From the NCBI GenBank assembly GCA_963709345.1, contig CAVPVX010000011.1, positions 384,001-448,000 on the forward strand: 64,000 bases of DNA. The letters run 5' to 3'. A program made the position numbers and the translations under genes. This stretch comes from an uncultured Actinomycetes bacterium (GTDB lineage Bacteria > Actinomycetota > Thermoleophilia > UBA2241). The notes below the pieces were generated by a model. That model saw nothing but the letters and a program-made list of their open reading frames with translations. It did no database searches and had not been told where the DNA came from. Position 1 is the stretch's first letter, and every line of letters starts with the position of its first letter. This document shows, piece after piece, positions 40,271 through 49,372 of the stretch.

Positions 40271-40898
40271 GTGACTGCCGGGTCGTCCCGGCGGGTGGTC
40301 GTCTTCCTCGACTATCAGAACGTCTATCACCGCGCTCGTGAGGCCTTCTGTGCCCGAGACGCCCCGGCTCGCGAAGGCCAGGTTGATCTGCTCGCGTCTG
40401 GGTCGTCTGTTGGCGTCCCGAGTCTCGGGCGGCAGCCTCACAAGCGTCCGCGCCTATCGCGGTCGACCAAGCAGGCGGCTTGACCCGCGCTCCTACGCCG
40501 CGTTCCGGCGGCAGACGTGGGCGCAGGCCGAGCGCGGCGCCGGGCTTGTGACCGTCATCGCTCGCGACCTGCGCTATCCGCCTGACTGGCCGACATGGCG
40601 CGCTCAGGAGAAGGGAATCGATGTCGCGCTTGCGGTCGACTTCGTGATGATGGCCGCTCGCCACGAGCACGACGTCGGCGTCTTGTTCTCCAGCGACACA
40701 GATCTTGTGCCTGCGTTGGAGGCGGTGATCGCTCTGCGACCCGGGAGCCCGCCTGCGTGCGAAGTAGCGGCCTGGGCAGCACCCGGCATGCGCCCACGGA
40801 CGCTCTCGGTGAGGGGCGTGCGGCTCCGTCGTCACCTGCTCACAGAGGCCGACTTCCGAGCGGTCGCGGATCCAACGGACTACGCGCGCACGCCATGA
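40271..40898 (+). CDS. NYN domain (PIN-like) ribonuclease, frameshift near 40397
   Basis: VVFLDYQNV, QEKGIDVALAVD and LFSSDTDLVPALE. Confidence 0.85.
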
Positions 40899-40922
40899 GC
40901 GCGCTGCCCCGGCGCGTCAGCG

Positions 40923-41233
40923 CCGGGAGGTCCTCAGGGCGAGCCTCCGCACCGCGACTCCTGCTCGAGCTGGGGCGCCTCGCCGAAGGCGCAGGCGCGA
41001 CGCTGCGCCGCCCACCTGAGCCCGACTGCCGGAGCTGGCTGCCGGGGAGCTGGAGGCCGGACTGGCGGACGACGTTACGCCGAGGCCGGCCAGGAGTCGA
41101 AGCAGGCGCTCGCGGCCGATCTGGCGCCCTCTGCGCCATCTGCTGAGCCGACGGCCGGCGAGGCGCAGGCGCCTGGCCGCCCGCCTGGATCGACTCCGAG
41201 CTGCAGGGGCTGCTCACCGTGGGCGAGTTCTGA
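40923..41233 (+). pseudogene. scrambled copy of the Cys-motif repeat gene (copy 2)
   Basis: Blocks matching 39442-39995 appear in shuffled order. Confidence 0.65.
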
Positions 41234-41371
41234 CTCGTCGCGCTTCGCGTTGAAGGCGGCGCCGGGCGGCGGCCGGAGTCAGGATGGTTGACAATTAGTC
41301 AATCGGTCTTGCCTTCGATGCAATCGGGAATGATAGAATCACAAGCGCTATCGCGACCCGAAGGAGATGCC

Positions 41372-41713
41372 GTGCCGGCAGCCTTGGACACTCAAGCCAG
41401 CCTCGTGGCTCGAATCGTCGAGTTCAGGCAGCAGAGGGACCTCAACCAGAAGCAGCTCGCCGAGGCCATCGGCATTGACCCGGCGTCGATGAACCGCGTC
41501 GAGAAGGGAGAGCGCTCTGTCTCTGTGGCCGAACTCGTCCGGCTGGCATCTGTGCTGAACGTGCGTGTCGAGGATCTGCTCACGTCCACCGAGCCCGTTC
41601 AGAGTATCTGGCTTCGGGCGTCGGGCGAGTCGTCTGCGGTGGTCGTTGAGTCGCTGGACCTCTTTCGAGATGTCATCCGCGACTACTTCGGCGCGCGAGC
41701 GACGGTGGAGTAG
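41372..41713 (+). CDS. XRE-family HTH regulator
   Basis: LNQKQLAEAIGIDPASMNRVEKGER; upstream palindrome TTGAC-AATTA-GTCAA at 41288-41302. Confidence 0.88.
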   Translation: MPAALDTQASLVARIVEFRQQRDLNQKQLAEAIGIDPASMNRVEKGERSVSVAELVRLASVLNVRVEDLLTSTEPVQSIWLRASGESSAVVVESLDLFRDVIRDYFGARATVE

Positions 41714-41719
41714 ACGAGC

Positions 41720-42481
41720 GTGAGCGGATCTCCTGAGAATGCGGCGCGTGAGGCGCGACGCGATCTCTCACTCGGTGCCGACGGGCCTGTCTCCGATCTT
41801 CTTCAGCGCATTGAGATCGGCGATGGAGTCAATGTCGTTCTCGCGAAGCTGCCGGAGGGTGGCCCGGCGGGCGCGTACACGCGGGAGCGCGACGTGCCGT
41901 TCATCCTCGTCAACTCGCGGGAGCCTGTCGTCCGCCAGCGATTCACGCTTGCGCACGAGTACGGCCATCACCGTCTTGGCCACGGGAGCGTCTGCGACGA
42001 GCGCATCTGGTGGGGAGCGACCGACGCACGGGAGGTCGCAGCCAATCGCTTCGCTGCCGAGTTTCTCGTTCCGGTCGCGGGTGTCGATCTCTGGTTCCAG
42101 GCAGAGCAACCAGACACCGTCGGCCTCGAGACGCTTGTGCGCTTGGCCAACTCGTTCGGCGTGAGCTGCGAGACGGCGCTCTGGCGCATCAAGGCGGCTC
42201 GGCGCATGAGCGCCTCGGCGGCCGATCGAGTAAAGAGGCGGCTGGACGCTCACGAACATCACGGACTGCGTAGCGAGCTCGGACTCAGTGTGATCGCTGA
42301 CACGATCAGCATGGCCCAGGGCCTCGAGGTCCGTGTGCCGTCTCGCATGTCGAGCGACGTGGTCAAGGCTCTGGAGTTCGGCATCATCACTCGGGAGCAG
42401 GCGGCCGAGAAGCTGCGCCTGACGGCGTCGCAGCTGGACATCGCGCTGGAGGATCGCAGCCGGGCGCAAGAAGACGAGTAG
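41720..42481 (+). CDS. ImmA/IrrE family zinc metallo-endopeptidase
   Basis: RQRFTLAHEYGH, EVAANRFAAEFLVP and LANSFGVS. Confidence 0.9.
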   Translation: MSGSPENAAREARRDLSLGADGPVSDLLQRIEIGDGVNVVLAKLPEGGPAGAYTRERDVPFILVNSREPVVRQRFTLAHEYGHHRLGHGSVCDERIWWGATDAREVAANRFAAEFLVPVAGVDLWFQAEQPDTVGLETLVRLANSFGVSCETALWRIKAARRMSASAADRVKRRLDAHEHHGLRSELGLSVIADTISMAQGLEVRVPSRMSSDVVKALEFGIITREQAAEKLRLTASQLDIALEDRSRAQEDE

Positions 42482-42487
42482 ACGAAG

Positions 42488-43081
42488 ATGCCGGCCCCCG
42501 TCGAGAAGGCCTCGGTGCCTGTTGTCGCCGGTGCCGAGATCGTCGTGGCCGACACGTCGCCCATTAGGGTTTTCGTTGAGGCCGGTGCTCAACGTGCGTT
42601 CGCGGACTACCTGGGCACCCGCGTTCGGATCACCGTAGATGTCAGGCGTGAGCTTGAAGATGCTGCGCGGTCCCTGGCGGGGCTGCGGCTTCTACTACGG
42701 GAGTGGCCTCCGAGCGACCCAGTCGATTTGCCGCTGGCCCTCATGCAGAAGGCCACGGACATCCTCGGCTTCATCGCCGACGATCCGCGGGCCAGCCTCC
42801 AAGACCTGGGCGAAGTGACGAGCGTCCTCCTGGCCGAGCATTTGCGGGCCATTGGCGAGTGCCGGCGCCCGCTCTTGCTTCTGGACGACGCGCGCCACGG
42901 CAAGAGCCTCGCCAGGCCCCGAGGTCTCGACGTTGTCGACACGCCGGGGCTCGTCGTTGAGATGGTCTGTGCCGAGGCGATCTCGCGGGAGCTCGGCAAG
43001 AAGGTCTGGCGGGCCGCGTTCTCTGATCGAAGCAAGTGGCCGGCGTTCGATGAACGACTTCTGCGGACTTGCGGCAAATAG
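42488..43081 (+). CDS. PIN-like domain protein
   Basis: VVADTS, DVRREL, DLGEVTSV and LLLDD..GKSLA..GL acidic pattern. Confidence 0.65.
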   Translation: MPAPVEKASVPVVAGAEIVVADTSPIRVFVEAGAQRAFADYLGTRVRITVDVRRELEDAARSLAGLRLLLREWPPSDPVDLPLALMQKATDILGFIADDPRASLQDLGEVTSVLLAEHLRAIGECRRPLLLLDDARHGKSLARPRGLDVVDTPGLVVEMVCAEAISRELGKKVWRAAFSDRSKWPAFDERLLRTCGK

Positions 43082-43085
43082 TCGG

Positions 43086-43137
43086 CAATCGTCCTCCCCG
43101 CCGTCCGGGTCCGCCCGCACAGGCGGGGCTTTTTCTT
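43086..43137 (+). promoter_or_regulatory. terminator-like leader of NYN gene 2
   Basis: TCCTCCCCGCCGTCCGGGT..GCAC.GGCGGGGCTTT shared with 40205-40245. Confidence 0.6.
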
Positions 43138-43157
43138 GCGACCTACGGCGCGTGCCC

Positions 43158-43784
43158 GTGACCAGCCCGGTATCGCAACGCGTCGTCGTCTTTCTGGACT
43201 ATCAGAACGTGTATCACCGTGCCCGCGATGCGTTCTGCTCTCCCCGTGCTTCTGCGAACGAGGGCCAAGTCGATCCGGTGGCGCTCGGCCATCTGCTCGC
43301 GGCCCGCGTCCCCGGCGGCTGCCTCTCGGGCGTACGTGTCTATCGCGGCCGTCCCAGTCAGCGTCGCGGACTACGGTCCCACGCCGCGTGTCGGCGACAG
43401 TCGGCCCGATAGGTCAGTCGCGGGGACGGCCTCGTCGTAGTGATGTCGCGCGAACTGCGCTATCCCCCCGACTGGCCAAGGCGACCCGCTCAGGAGAAGG
43501 GTATCGACGTTGCCCTTGCCGTGGATGTCGTCATGCTGATCGCTCGCCGTGAATGCGACGTGGGCATCCTGTTCTCAAGCGACACGGACCTGGTCCCGGC
43601 ATTGGAGGCGGTTCTGGCGCTGCGGCCCGGTGAGGTGGTGGCGTGCGAGGTGGCCGCTTGGGCTGCCCCCGGCAGGCGCCCGCGTTCGCTTTCGGTGCGC
43701 GGCGCGGTTATCCGGAGCCACCACCTTACGGAGACCGACTACCGCGCCGTGGCAGATCCGACTGACTACACGCGCACCGAGTGA
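43158..43784 (+). pseudogene. second NYN domain gene with in-frame TAG at 43410-43412
   Basis: VVFLDYQNV..RRQSAR*VSRG..QEKGIDVALAVD..SSDTD, all in one frame. Confidence 0.8.
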
Positions 43785-43823
43785 CCGGCGCTGCCGCGTC
43801 ACCCGCGACCCCGGGAGGTCCTC

Positions 43824-44363
43824 ATGGGCGAGCTCCTTGCCGTCACCTGCGACTCGTGCGGCGAGCCGATGGTCCCCAACGTGAGCACGCTGGACGACGA
43901 CGGCTGCGGCTGGATCTGCCTGAGCCCCGGCTGCCCGGAGCTGGCTGCCGGGGAGCTGGAGGCCGAGGACCTGGTGGAGGCCGGCGTGCCGCAGGCGCTC
44001 GCCGGCCGTCTCGCGCGGCTCATTGATCACTACGTGGACGCGGAGGAGGCGCGCGGCCGTGAGGCGGACGCGCCCGCGCGGGCGCGCGAGCGGGCGCAGG
44101 CCGATCTCGCGCGCCTCCACGCGCTCCTGCTCGAGCTGGGGCGCCTGGCCGAAGGCGCAGGCGCCCTCGCCGCCCAGCTGAGCGACGCGCTCGCCGTCTC
44201 GTACCACTCGGGCGACTTCGCCGAGGCCGAGCAAGCCCGCCAGACCCTCGCCGCCGCCGGCGCCCTCTGCGGCGTCCTCCGTCGCACCGCCGGCGACGCC
44301 CAGGACCATCTCGCCGGCGTCGACCCCGAGCTGCCGGGGCTGCTCGCTACGGGCGAGCTCTGA
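43824..44363 (+). CDS. hypothetical Cys-motif protein (repeat gene copy 3)
   Basis: 179 aa, nearly identical to 39456-39995. Confidence 0.7.
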   Translation: MGELLAVTCDSCGEPMVPNVSTLDDDGCGWICLSPGCPELAAGELEAEDLVEAGVPQALAGRLARLIDHYVDAEEARGREADAPARARERAQADLARLHALLLELGRLAEGAGALAAQLSDALAVSYHSGDFAEAEQARQTLAAAGALCGVLRRTAGDAQDHLAGVDPELPGLLATGEL

Positions 44364-44537
44364 CAAGTCGAAGCCTGTGATCGTCCACTCCACGTCGCGA
44401 TCGTCACTCTGGTACGTGGCCTCTCGGAGTCGCAAGCTGTGCCTATGACTCCTGCCGCGACAACTGTGGCTCCTCGCATTCTCCGCACAGGGGCGCCTTG
44501 CGTTGTGCATGCGGTAGCGACTAGCATTAGTAGTCAA

Positions 44538-45146
44538 ATGACTACGAATCACAGTCACAGCGGGATCTCGGCGCTCTTCGCCTCCGCGACCCTGGGCCAG
44601 TTGCTCTACCTCTTCATGCTCGAGCCGGGGCGCGAGTACTACCAGCGCGAGCTGCAGCGACTCAGCGGCGCCCACCTGAGGCAGTTGCAGCGCGATCTCG
44701 AGCGGCTGCAGCGGTCGGGGCTGGTCGCTTGTCGTACCCACGGCAACCGCACGTACTACCGGGCAGTGCCGGCGCATCCGGCGTTCGCGGATCTGCGCGT
44801 CGCGGTCATGAAGACGCTGGGCCTTGGCAACGAGCTGGGCGCTGCGCTGGCAGGCCTCGGTGACGCGGTCACCCTTGCCTTCGTCTACGGCTCCTTCGCG
44901 CGCGGGGACGATGTTGCCGCGAGCGACGTGGACTTGTTCATCGTGGGGTCATCGACGCGGCGCGCTGTCGCGAGCGCTCTGGCGGACGTGGCGCGCTCAT
45001 TGGGCCGCGAGCTGAATCCGGTCATCCTGACGCCCGCGGACCTCACCGGACGGTGGCGCGCCGGCGACCATTTCGTCACATCCGTCCTCGCCGGCCCGCG
45101 GATCTGGCTCGTCGGTGACGACGCCTCGCTTGCAGCACTGGCTTGA
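44538..45146 (+). CDS. wHTH + minimal nucleotidyltransferase (MNT antitoxin)
   Basis: YYQRELQRL HTH region; FVYGSFARG..SDVDLFIV. Confidence 0.88.
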   Translation: MTTNHSHSGISALFASATLGQLLYLFMLEPGREYYQRELQRLSGAHLRQLQRDLERLQRSGLVACRTHGNRTYYRAVPAHPAFADLRVAVMKTLGLGNELGAALAGLGDAVTLAFVYGSFARGDDVAASDVDLFIVGSSTRRAVASALADVARSLGRELNPVILTPADLTGRWRAGDHFVTSVLAGPRIWLVGDDASLAALA

Positions 45147-45579
45147 CGCCGGCGCTCTGCGGCGGCACCGTACCTCGCGGCGTGAGGTCGCGGACCTCCT
45201 GGCGGTCGCGGAACGCGACGTTGCCGATGCCCGCGTGACCGCGCTTTCGCTGGATCGGAGATTCGCGACCGCCTATTCCGCGGCGCTGCAACTGGCGACG
45301 ATCGTGCTCGCGGCTTCGGGCCTCAGGACCACGGCTCAGCGCGGGCACCACGTCGTGACGTGGCAGGCGCTGCCCGAGCTCATGGGCGTCGCCATCGGCG
45401 ACACCGCCGCCTACTTCGATTCGTGCCGGACCTTGAGAAACCGGAGCGACTACGACCGCGTCGGCGTCGCATCCGAGGCGGAGGTCGACGAGGTCCTGCG
45501 CGAGACCGATATCTTTCGCGATCAGGTCGTCGACTGGCTGAACCGCGAGCATCCGCTACTCGTGGGGGGCCCCAGCTAG
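45115..45579 (+). CDS. HEPN domain protein (toxin partner)
   Basis: AERDVADA..AYSAAL..GHH..RTLRNRSDY; overlaps the MNT gene. Confidence 0.8.
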   Translation: MTTPRLQHWLDAGALRRHRTSRREVADLLAVAERDVADARVTALSLDRRFATAYSAALQLATIVLAASGLRTTAQRGHHVVTWQALPELMGVAIGDTAAYFDSCRTLRNRSDYDRVGVASEAEVDEVLRETDIFRDQVVDWLNREHPLLVGGPS

Positions 45580-45596
45580 AGGTCGGGCTCGCGCCG

Positions 45597-45626
45597 CCGA
45601 ACCCTCGACTCCGGGAGGTCCTCATG
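45597..45626 (+). repeat. 5' boundary motif of the Cys-motif repeat gene (copy 4, no gene body)
   Basis: CCGAACCCTCGACTCCGGGAGGTCCTCATG versus CCGAACCCGCGACCCCGGGAGGTCCTCATG at 39429-39458. Confidence 0.75.
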
Positions 45627-45753
45627 CCGGACGGCGGCTACGCTGACCGTCAACTAAGCGGCGGACAACCCTGAGCAAAGGGGTCGGCGGCGGGGCGTGA
45701 TGACCAGCCGGAGCATCTCCGCGTGGATCCGCGGCTTCGCCGCAGCCGGCGTG

Positions 45754-46830
45754 TCAGTCGCCGCCCTCCTCCTTCCGGCCTCCTGGGTGGCAGCGCACGC
45801 AGTCGGTGAGCGCCGCGAGCGGCCTGCCCTCGTGTTCGTCGAGGACGTTGGCCGTCGTGTGCTCGTGGCAGCCAAGGCAGGTGTAGGCGCGGGTGCCGTC
45901 CGGGTGGCACGTCCGGCAGGTGGCCCGTCGCTCCTCGCTGCCGTGGTCGAGGGGGAAGATGCTGTGGTCGAAGGTCACATCGTCCCACGCGCGGGCCGAG
46001 TGGCAGTCGCCGCACTTCCGGCCGTAGGCGCCGTCGTGCTCGTCGTCCTCGGCGTGGCAGCCGTAGCACTCGCGGGGGGCGCTCCGGTACTCCCGACTGG
46101 TCCGCGCACCCTCGTGGCAGGCCTCGCAGGCGACGTCCGTGTGCTTGCCGGTGAGCCTGAAGGCGAACCGGTCGTGGTCGATGCGCGTGGCGCCCGTGCC
46201 GTCGTGGCAGGCCAGGCAGTCCCGGCCGAAGGCGGCCTCGTGATCGCGCAGGAAGGCCGCGTCCAGCCCCGTGTGGCAGTCCATGCAGACGGCTTGGTCG
46301 AAGCCGGTGTAGCCGCGCGAATGGCAGTCGGCGCACGTGAACGCGGCGCCCGACCCCGTCTTCCGGTGAGTCTGGAGCGAGAAGCCGGTGATCTCGTGCG
46401 TGGCGCGGAACGCGTTCTCGTCGAACGCCGTCAGCGGGCCGTAGGGACCGCCGTGCTCCGGGTGGCAGCCGTCACAGGCGGGTGAGGCGCGTAGGCCCTC
46501 GAGCCGGCCGTGGAGACCCTTGCCGCCGCTGATCTGCTCGCCGACGTCCGCGTGGCACGCCAGGCAAGCGTCGGCCATGCTCCGCGAACTCCATGGGGCG
46601 GGGTGGCAGGCGCCGCAGTCGTCACTGAGGCCGGCGTGGCTGGTCACGCCGCCGAGTGGCTTGGGCGAGGCGGCCGGGTCGTTCGCGAGGTCGGCGCTGG
46701 TCTGCGCGTTCAAGGGGCCGGGGCTGAAGAGGCTCTGCCCGTCGAGGAGTGTCACGGCGCCGGTTGCCACGATCACGACCGCAGCCGCCACGAGGCCGGT
46801 CGCGGAGAAGAACCCCGGTCGGCGGCTCAC
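45754..46830 (-). CDS. multiheme c-type cytochrome (12 CxxCH)
   Basis: Twelve CxxCH motifs counted; N-terminal signal/anchor helix. Confidence 0.92.
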   Translation of the reverse strand: MSRRPGFFSATGLVAAAVVIVATGAVTLLDGQSLFSPGPLNAQTSADLANDPAASPKPLGGVTSHAGLSDDCGACHPAPWSSRSMADACLACHADVGEQISGGKGLHGRLEGLRASPACDGCHPEHGGPYGPLTAFDENAFRATHEITGFSLQTHRKTGSGAAFTCADCHSRGYTGFDQAVCMDCHTGLDAAFLRDHEAAFGRDCLACHDGTGATRIDHDRFAFRLTGKHTDVACEACHEGARTSREYRSAPRECYGCHAEDDEHDGAYGRKCGDCHSARAWDDVTFDHSIFPLDHGSEERRATCRTCHPDGTRAYTCLGCHEHTTANVLDEHEGRPLAALTDCVRCHPGGRKEEGGD

Positions 46831-46834
46831 ACCG

Positions 46835-47392
46835 TCACCGTCGCAGCGTCGCGTAGTAGAGAGCCGCCACGATGTGGATGATGGCGGCAGCGAACAAGGC
46901 CCACGTCAGCGGCAGGTGGACGAGGTGCCACAGCGCGAAGGCGCGCCGCCGGCCGGCGGCCGCAGGCGTGCGCGGCACGCGTGTGTAGAGGAACCGGCCC
47001 GTCAGGCCGCTGGCGACCACGAGAGCCGTCAGCAGCATCGCGAGTCCGGCGAGACCGCGCAAGCCCAGCGCCGTGTGCAGCAGCACCATGTAGGGGCCGA
47101 CGAGGCCGGTCACCATGTGGAAGCGGAGCCAGGACGCCGTGCTGCCCCAGCTCGCGTCGGAGCGCAGCTTGCGCAGCGAGTACAGCGTCGCGGTCATGAG
47201 TATGAGTACGAACCCGGCCACGCCGATGCCGTGGCCGACCCATCCTGAGGCCGCGGGCCAGCGGCCGCCGAGCGCGAAGGCCGTCCCGTTGAGGGCGGTG
47301 ACGGCGACGATGGCCGCGAGCGCATACCACAGCTCGCGGCCGCGGCCGGCCCGCGGCCGGGCCGGCGCAAGGCCGCTGTCAAGCACCGTCAT
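46835..47392 (-). CDS. His-rich membrane protein (cytochrome b-like candidate)
   Basis: GHGIG, YSLRK, WLRFHM..LLH, SGLTGRFLY and WHLVHLPL..IIHI. Confidence 0.7.
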   Translation of the reverse strand: MTVLDSGLAPARPRAGRGRELWYALAAIVAVTALNGTAFALGGRWPAASGWVGHGIGVAGFVLILMTATLYSLRKLRSDASWGSTASWLRFHMVTGLVGPYMVLLHTALGLRGLAGLAMLLTALVVASGLTGRFLYTRVPRTPAAAGRRRAFALWHLVHLPLTWALFAAAIIHIVAALYYATLRR

Positions 47393-48719
47393 CGCCTCCT
47401 CCTCCGGCCATCCAGTCGGTCCACAGTCCGTTGATGATGTCGGCGATCGGCGCCTGCGGCGCCTCCAGCGCCGGGATCGCGCGCGAGACGTCCGCGCGCG
47501 CCTCGACTAGCTCCTGCAGGGCGCGCGAGAGCGTCTGGTCGCCCATCACGACGGCGCCGGCGATGGCGCGCCCGTCCAGCGCCAGGCGGATGTGCGCGTC
47601 GCCGCGCTGTGCCTCCACCACCTCCCGGTCGCGCAGATCCGACCAGGTCTGGCTGTCGCCTCGTGAGAGGCCTTGCAGGTCGGCGTCGGCGCCGCTGCCC
47701 ACGCGGCCGATGATCGTCGTGTGCAGCCCGGCGAGCCGAGTGACGTTGAGAGGGATGTCCTGGACATAGGTGCGCGGCCCGGCGCCGGGCCGCGCCGCCA
47801 TGTTCGCGCCCGCCACCCGGCCCTTGCGCAGCGCGGTGTTCCAGAGCACGTGCAGGGTGCGCCGCCCGGTCTCGGGGTCCTTGGTCTCGGCGATGTCGCC
47901 GGCGGCGAACACGTCGGGGTCGCCGGCGCACAGGCGGTCGTCCACCAGCACGCCGCGGTCGCAGGGCAGTCCGGCGTCTCGCGCCAGCTCCGCCGCCGGC
48001 CGCACGCCGACGGCGAGGGCGACGACGCCGCAGGGGATCACGTCGCCGTCGACGGTCTCCACGGCCGCCACTCGTCCCTCGCGTCCGTGGATGGCCGCGA
48101 GCTCCGTGTGCGCGTGCACCTCGACCCCCTCACGTCGCAGCGCGGTCTCCACGATGCGCGACTCGGCCTCTGACAACACGTTGCTCCAGTACCGCTCGCG
48201 GCGCAGCAGGTAGTGGACGCGCATGCGGCGGGCCCGCAGTCCTTCGACGATCTCCAGAGCTGTGATGCCGCCGCCGACCACTACCGCGGCGCCGCCGGCC
48301 GCGCAGCGCCGAACGATGTCGCGGCCGTCGTCCATCCCGTCGAGCGTCACGACGCCGTCGAGCTCTGCCCCGAGGACCTGGGGCCTGATGGCCTGCGACC
48401 CGGTGGCGAGCAGCAGACGATCGTAGGAGAGGCGCCGCCCACCCTGCAGCATCACGGTGTGAGCGGCCGCGTCCACCGCCACCGCCGTCTCGGTCACCCA
48501 GGTGACGCCGAGGCCACGCAGGTCGTCGGGGCCGAAGGGGAAGAGCAGGTCCCGGGGCAGCTCGCGACTGAGGTAGTAGGCTACTCCGGGTCGCGAGTAG
48601 TAGCCGTACGGGTCGGCGCAGACCACCGTGATCGCGGCGCCGTCGTCGGTGGCGCGGATCGTCTCGGCCGCCGCCACGGTGGCGGCTCCGCCGCCGACGA
48701 GTACGTGCCGGACGGCCAC
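47379..48719 (-). CDS. FAD-dependent NAD(P)H oxidoreductase (rubredoxin/nitrite reductase-like)
   Basis: YDRLLLATGS, VVVGGGITALE and VFAAGDIAE. Confidence 0.88.
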   Translation of the reverse strand: MAVRHVLVGGGAATVAAAETIRATDDGAAITVVCADPYGYYSRPGVAYYLSRELPRDLLFPFGPDDLRGLGVTWVTETAVAVDAAAHTVMLQGGRRLSYDRLLLATGSQAIRPQVLGAELDGVVTLDGMDDGRDIVRRCAAGGAAVVVGGGITALEIVEGLRARRMRVHYLLRRERYWSNVLSEAESRIVETALRREGVEVHAHTELAAIHGREGRVAAVETVDGDVIPCGVVALAVGVRPAAELARDAGLPCDRGVLVDDRLCAGDPDVFAAGDIAETKDPETGRRTLHVLWNTALRKGRVAGANMAARPGAGPRTYVQDIPLNVTRLAGLHTTIIGRVGSGADADLQGLSRGDSQTWSDLRDREVVEAQRGDAHIRLALDGRAIAGAVVMGDQTLSRALQELVEARADVSRAIPALEAPQAPIADIINGLWTDWMAGGGGDDGA

Positions 48720-48720
48720 G

Positions 48721-49014
48721 TCAGCGGCTTCGGGCGGCGGTGGAGCCGATGGGTTCGAACCGCAGCAGCCCACGCGGGCAGCGCGCGACGCATTCGCCGC
48801 ACGCGAGGCACCCGCCGTCGCTCACCGGCTCTCCTCGCCAGACGTACCGGCGCACGTCGATGCCCATGGGGCAGTTGAAGCTGCACACCCCACACTGCAC
48901 GCAACGTATCGGCTCTGGAGCCACCCACGCGCCTGCCAGCGTCCGGTATTTCTCTCTGTCCGCCGTGAAGAGGCCCACTCCGGCATCGTATCCGGTACGC
49001 GCGCTCATCGCCAT
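48721..49014 (-). CDS. 2x[4Fe-4S] ferredoxin
   Basis: CVQCGVCSFNCP and CLACGECVARCP. Confidence 0.88.
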   Translation of the reverse strand: MAMSARTGYDAGVGLFTADREKYRTLAGAWVAPEPIRCVQCGVCSFNCPMGIDVRRYVWRGEPVSDGGCLACGECVARCPRGLLRFEPIGSTAARSR

Positions 49015-49130
49015 CAATGCCGCACGCCATCCGGCCGCTCCGCCGGCGCGGACGCAGTCAGCTCGCCGATGCTCTCCCAGGACGCGTTGATCGCGAGCTG
49101 CTGCTCGAACACCGGTGAGTCGGTCATCAT
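49014..49130 (-). CDS. possible 38-aa peptide heading the redox operon
   Basis: MMTDSPVFEQQLAINASWESIGELTASAPAERPDGVRH; GAGG RBS; TGATG overlap with the ferredoxin start. Confidence 0.4.
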   Translation of the reverse strand: MMTDSPVFEQQLAINASWESIGELTASAPAERPDGVRH

Positions 49131-49372
49131 CGTCCATCCCCTCGTTGGTTCCGATGCCGTAGCCGCAGGTGATCACGCTGCCGTACCCGCTCGTCTACTT
49201 CACGGGGCGCGGCCCCGCCGCCCTGTCGCGTCCGCATCCCCGTGGGAACGCCCACGGCTCCGTGCCCATGTCCTCGAGTCCACGCTCCGTGGGGCGGCGA
49301 GGGGATGAAGTCGCGTTCCTTGGGTATGAAGGCGTCACGATGCCATGCCCGGTCGACAGGTGGAGGTGAGCG

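Noticed and set aside
5910-43412. Amber recoding or pyrrolysine, suggested by in-frame TAGs at 5910, 21662 and 43410
   Set aside because: Ordinary genes here (TetR, agmatinase, GS-like) end in TAG at the expected place, two cases align with CAG in paralogues, and no pyl genes are visible.
39429-45626. Classical integron or IS-bounded transposon
   Set aside because: No tyrosine integrase or transposase, no attC-type GTTRRRY/RYYYAAC ends and no terminal inverted repeats recognised.
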